The notes under the pieces were generated by a model. It saw only the letters and a program-made list of their open reading frames with translations, had not been told where the DNA came from and did not search any database. Made by a program: the position numbers and the translations under genes. Shown piece by piece: positions 9,750 to 12,382 of a stretch of 12,382 nucleotides of DNA (its first letter is position 1; each line of letters begins with the position of its first letter). Source of the DNA: Octopus sinensis (Eukaryota); NCBI RefSeq assembly GCF_006345805.1, contig NW_021826563.1, forward strand, positions 1 to 12,382. Reading direction: 5' to 3'.

Positions 9750-9957
9750 ACAGAGAGGGAAGAGAGAGAGAGAGAGAGGGAGAGAGAGAGAGAGAGAGAA
9801 AAGAAAAGAGAGAGTGAGAGGGAGAGAGGGAGAAGAGGCAGAGACAGACAGACAGAGATAGTGAGAATGAGAGAGAGGGATAAAAAGAGTTATAAGACAA
9901 ACGGAATTAGCCGAGCTTTGTCGAAAGAGAAAAGTATAACATGCATATATATATATA

Positions 9958-10007
<50 letters not shown>

Positions 10008-10030
10008 TAGATAGATGCATACATATATTT
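9750..10030. repeat. (GA)n and (TA)n microsatellites
   Basis: Directly visible. Confidence 0.9.
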
Positions 10031-10059
10031 ATAAAAGATAAAAATCAACGAAGAAACTC

Positions 10060-10435
10060 TGGAGCTGTCAAGCTGACAGACAATGTTTGATGTAGACTGA
10101 CAGAGTGTGAGCGGCGCAGACTTAACAGATTGACAGGCAGTCAGTCGAAGAGAGACAAGAGGCAGACATGGTGGCGGACGAAGATAGGAACAGACAGGCA
10201 GACAGACAGATAGACAGGCAGGCGGGCGGGCAGGCAGGCACTGAGACAGGCAGGAGATAGTCAGACAGTCAGACACACACAGAGATAATCTGACGGGCTT
10301 AAGTTGAAAGATTGAGAGACTCAAAAACCTACAGGACAATAAGAGAAACGGTCATTGGCTGACAGAGCAACAGATGGTGGACACAGAGGCCAGCTGAGAG
10401 AGAGACGGACAGACATGAACCAGTCACATACTAGA
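10060..10435. repeat. Degenerate GACA/GGCA tetranucleotide low-complexity tract
   Basis: Recurrent CAGACAGA and CAGGCAGG units. Confidence 0.7.
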
Positions 10436-10456
10436 GAGCCACTTTATAGTCATGTG

Positions 10457-10833
10457 GTGGAGGCACAATGGCCCAGTGGTTAGGGCAGCGGACTCGCGGT
10501 CATAGGATCGCGGTTTCGATTCCCAGACCGCGCGTTGTGAGTGTTTACTGAGTGAAAACACCTAAAAGCTCCGCGAGGCTCCGGCAGGGGATGGTGGTGA
10601 TCCCTGCTGTACTCTTTCCCAACTTTCTCTCACTCTTACTTCCTGTTTCTGTTGTACCGTATTTCAAAGGGCCGGCCTTGTCACTCTCTGTGTCACGCTG
10701 AATATCCCCGAGAACTACGTTAAAGGTACACGTGTCTGTGGAGTGCTCAGCCACTTACACGTTAATTTCACGAGCAGGCTGTTCCGTTGATTCGTATCAA
10801 CCGGAACCCTCGTCGTCGTAACCGACGGAGTGC
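10457..10833 (+). mobile_element. Near full-length tRNA-derived SINE (head + body + tail type 1)
   Basis: A-box TGGCCCAGTGG (10469-10479), B-box GGTTTCGATTCCC (10512-10524), body GCGTTGTGAGTGTTTACTGAGTGAAAACACCTAAA (loosely CORE-like), tail ending AACCCTCGTCGTCGTAACCGACGGAGTGC. It resembles described Octopus OK/OR-type SINEs, but I cannot assign the exact family. Confidence 0.85.
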
Positions 10834-11134
10834 TTCCTCCAGAGTCCACAGGAGACGGTTTCCTGTCAGAGATGGATAACACTGTATAACAAGAATTTTC
10901 TTTTTTTTTTATCTTTTTTGTGTTTTTTTTTTTGTTTTTTGTTTTTTGCCATTGGACAGTTAGTGATATATCCTATTTGCTTCTATCTAGAAATCAAAGG
11001 AAATGACTAACATTCCCTTCAAAGTTTGCATACGTAAGCAGGACATCAAAGTTTTGAAACTGACCTATTTTCCATTACATTTCAGACAGATTCAGCGCTG
11101 AAGTTACTGAGTTACTGAAGCAGAAATATCGTTA

Positions 11135-11310
11135 CGTTATAACAAATATTCTGCTCAACACCACATATTTGCTTGCCAGTTGCTTGACCTTAACCACTTG
11201 AGCATGACCCTTGGTAACTGATGATATGTGCATCTCTGACATGAACAACAGCAATGGGCCGGGGAGGGCATAATAGCCATGTGTTAGGAGGAATACTTTG
11301 GGGTTTCAAT
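11135..11310. repeat. Fragment of an interspersed repeat, family unassigned
   Basis: GTTATAACAAATATTCTGCTCAA…GACCTTAACCA…GAGCATG…ATATGTGCATCTCTG…ATAGCCATGTGTT…TTTGGGGTTT resembles a repeat I recall from octopus DNA. Only one copy is in the window, so this is memory-based. Confidence 0.35.
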
Positions 11311-11472
11311 AAATGTAAGAAAATCAAGGTTTGAAGGAAATAACCATTTTTCGTACTTTCTAGGAGTAAGCAAATAGGAAATAACAGTGGCAAAAATCGT
11401 GTTAATAATTATAGTATAAATAAATATGTAATAATAATGATAATAATAGAAATAATTGTAATCCTTTCTACT

Positions 11473-11795
11473 GTGGAGGCGCAATGGCCCAATGGTTAGG
11501 GTAGCGGACTCGTGGTCGGAGGATCGCGGTTTCGATTCCCAGACTGGGCGTTGTGTGTGTTTATTGAGCGAAAACACCAAAAGCTCCACAAGGTTCCGGC
11601 AGGGGGTGGTGGCGACCCCTGTTGTACTCTTTCGCCCCAACTTTCTCTCACTCTTTCTTGCTGTTTCTTGAGTAACGCTGTGATAGACTGGCATCCCGTC
11701 CAGCTGGGGGGGGGGACACATACGCCATAGAAACCGGGAAACCGGGCCCATGAGCCTGGCTAGGCTTGAAAAGGGCGCATATGTAAATAATAAAA
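11473..11795 (+). mobile_element. Near full-length tRNA-derived SINE (same head + body as 10457, different tail type 2)
   Basis: Aligns to 10457-10650 up to CTGTTTCT (11661-11668), then continues GAGTAACGCTGTGATAGACTGGCATCCCGTCCAG…AGAAACCGGGAAACCGGGCCCATGAGCCTGGCTAGGCTTGAAAAGGGCGCAT plus an AT-rich end. Confidence 0.85.
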
Positions 11796-12009
11796 CCGTG
11801 TTACTCAGTGAAATGGGACAGATTATTATTTATGCTACTGGGAAGAGACTGGGAAGAGACAGTAGATAGTTCTGGCGCTCGTCAAAAACATAAATTTAGT
11901 AGTCATTACTAATAGACTTCATACAGGTTTAGGAGTTTTAGCTCTTATTTCTTGCAATATACGTGCTTTAGCATCCTCAGTCACGACTAGTGACGCTTAA
12001 ATTTTTCCT

Positions 12010-12185
12010 TCATATACATATATATTCATTTATATACACATGCATATGTATGTGTGTATACATACACATATACAGATATATGTACATATCTATACATAGA
12101 TATCTTTATTCATATATATATATATATAAATATGCACGTGTATACATATCTATATACACACGTACATTTCCATACGCCTACATAA

Positions 12186-12222
<37 letters not shown>
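12010..12222. repeat. Degenerate (TA)n/(CATA)n tract
   Basis: Directly visible. Confidence 0.9.
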
Positions 12223-12225
<3 letters not shown>

Positions 12226-12276
12226 CAAAATTATACAAAACAAAAGCAAAAGACAAAGACAGCCCAAGGAAAAACA

Positions 12277-12347
12277 ATTTGCTCGATCAAAGGCGGTGCT
12301 CCAGTATGGCCACAGTCAAATGACTGAAACAAGTAAAAGAGTAAAAG
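12277..12347 (+). mobile_element. Isolated 3' terminus of another Octopus-type SINE/LINE
   Basis: ATTTGCTCGATCAAAGGCGGTGCTCCAGTATGGCCACAGTCAAATGACTGAAACAAGTAAAAGAGTAAAAG ends in a repeated AGTAAAAG unit, typical of tandem-repeat non-LTR tails. Family recognised from memory only. Confidence 0.55.
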
Positions 12348-12382
12348 GGAGAATGGGTTCGTTTGAATTTTCGATTTTTCGA

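Noticed and set aside
10457-10530. tRNA-like heads as genuine tRNA genes (also 182-270 and 11473-11545)
   Set aside because: No complete cloverleaf, and each continues into a SINE body.

Overview
Eukaryotic, AT-rich, microsatellite-dense genomic DNA, most likely intronic or intergenic. It is probably from an octopod cephalopod (Octopus-like), inferred from my recognition of the tRNA-derived SINE families and the dense (TA)n/(GATA)n/(ATT)n/(CAT)n/(GAAA)n tracts. I can support no intact host gene, RNA gene or CRISPR array; nearly all listed ORFs are microsatellite translations. The unique-looking DNA is mostly transposon fossils: several SINE copies built from shared and swapped modules; an 822-bp foldback element with ~300-bp inverted arms (1426-2247); a decayed mariner transposase (5051-6006) interrupted by a TTAA/piggyBac-type MITE; and a decayed Tx1/L1-clade reverse transcriptase on the minus strand (~6284-7345), whose YADD catalytic motif was hit by a 200-bp SINE-tail insertion with a 13-bp target-site duplication. 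I found no convincing evidence of a new biological system. The best leads are the unclassified foldback element, the SINE tail swap and a small CpG-rich hairpin at 9233-9342. All alignments and counts were done by eye.
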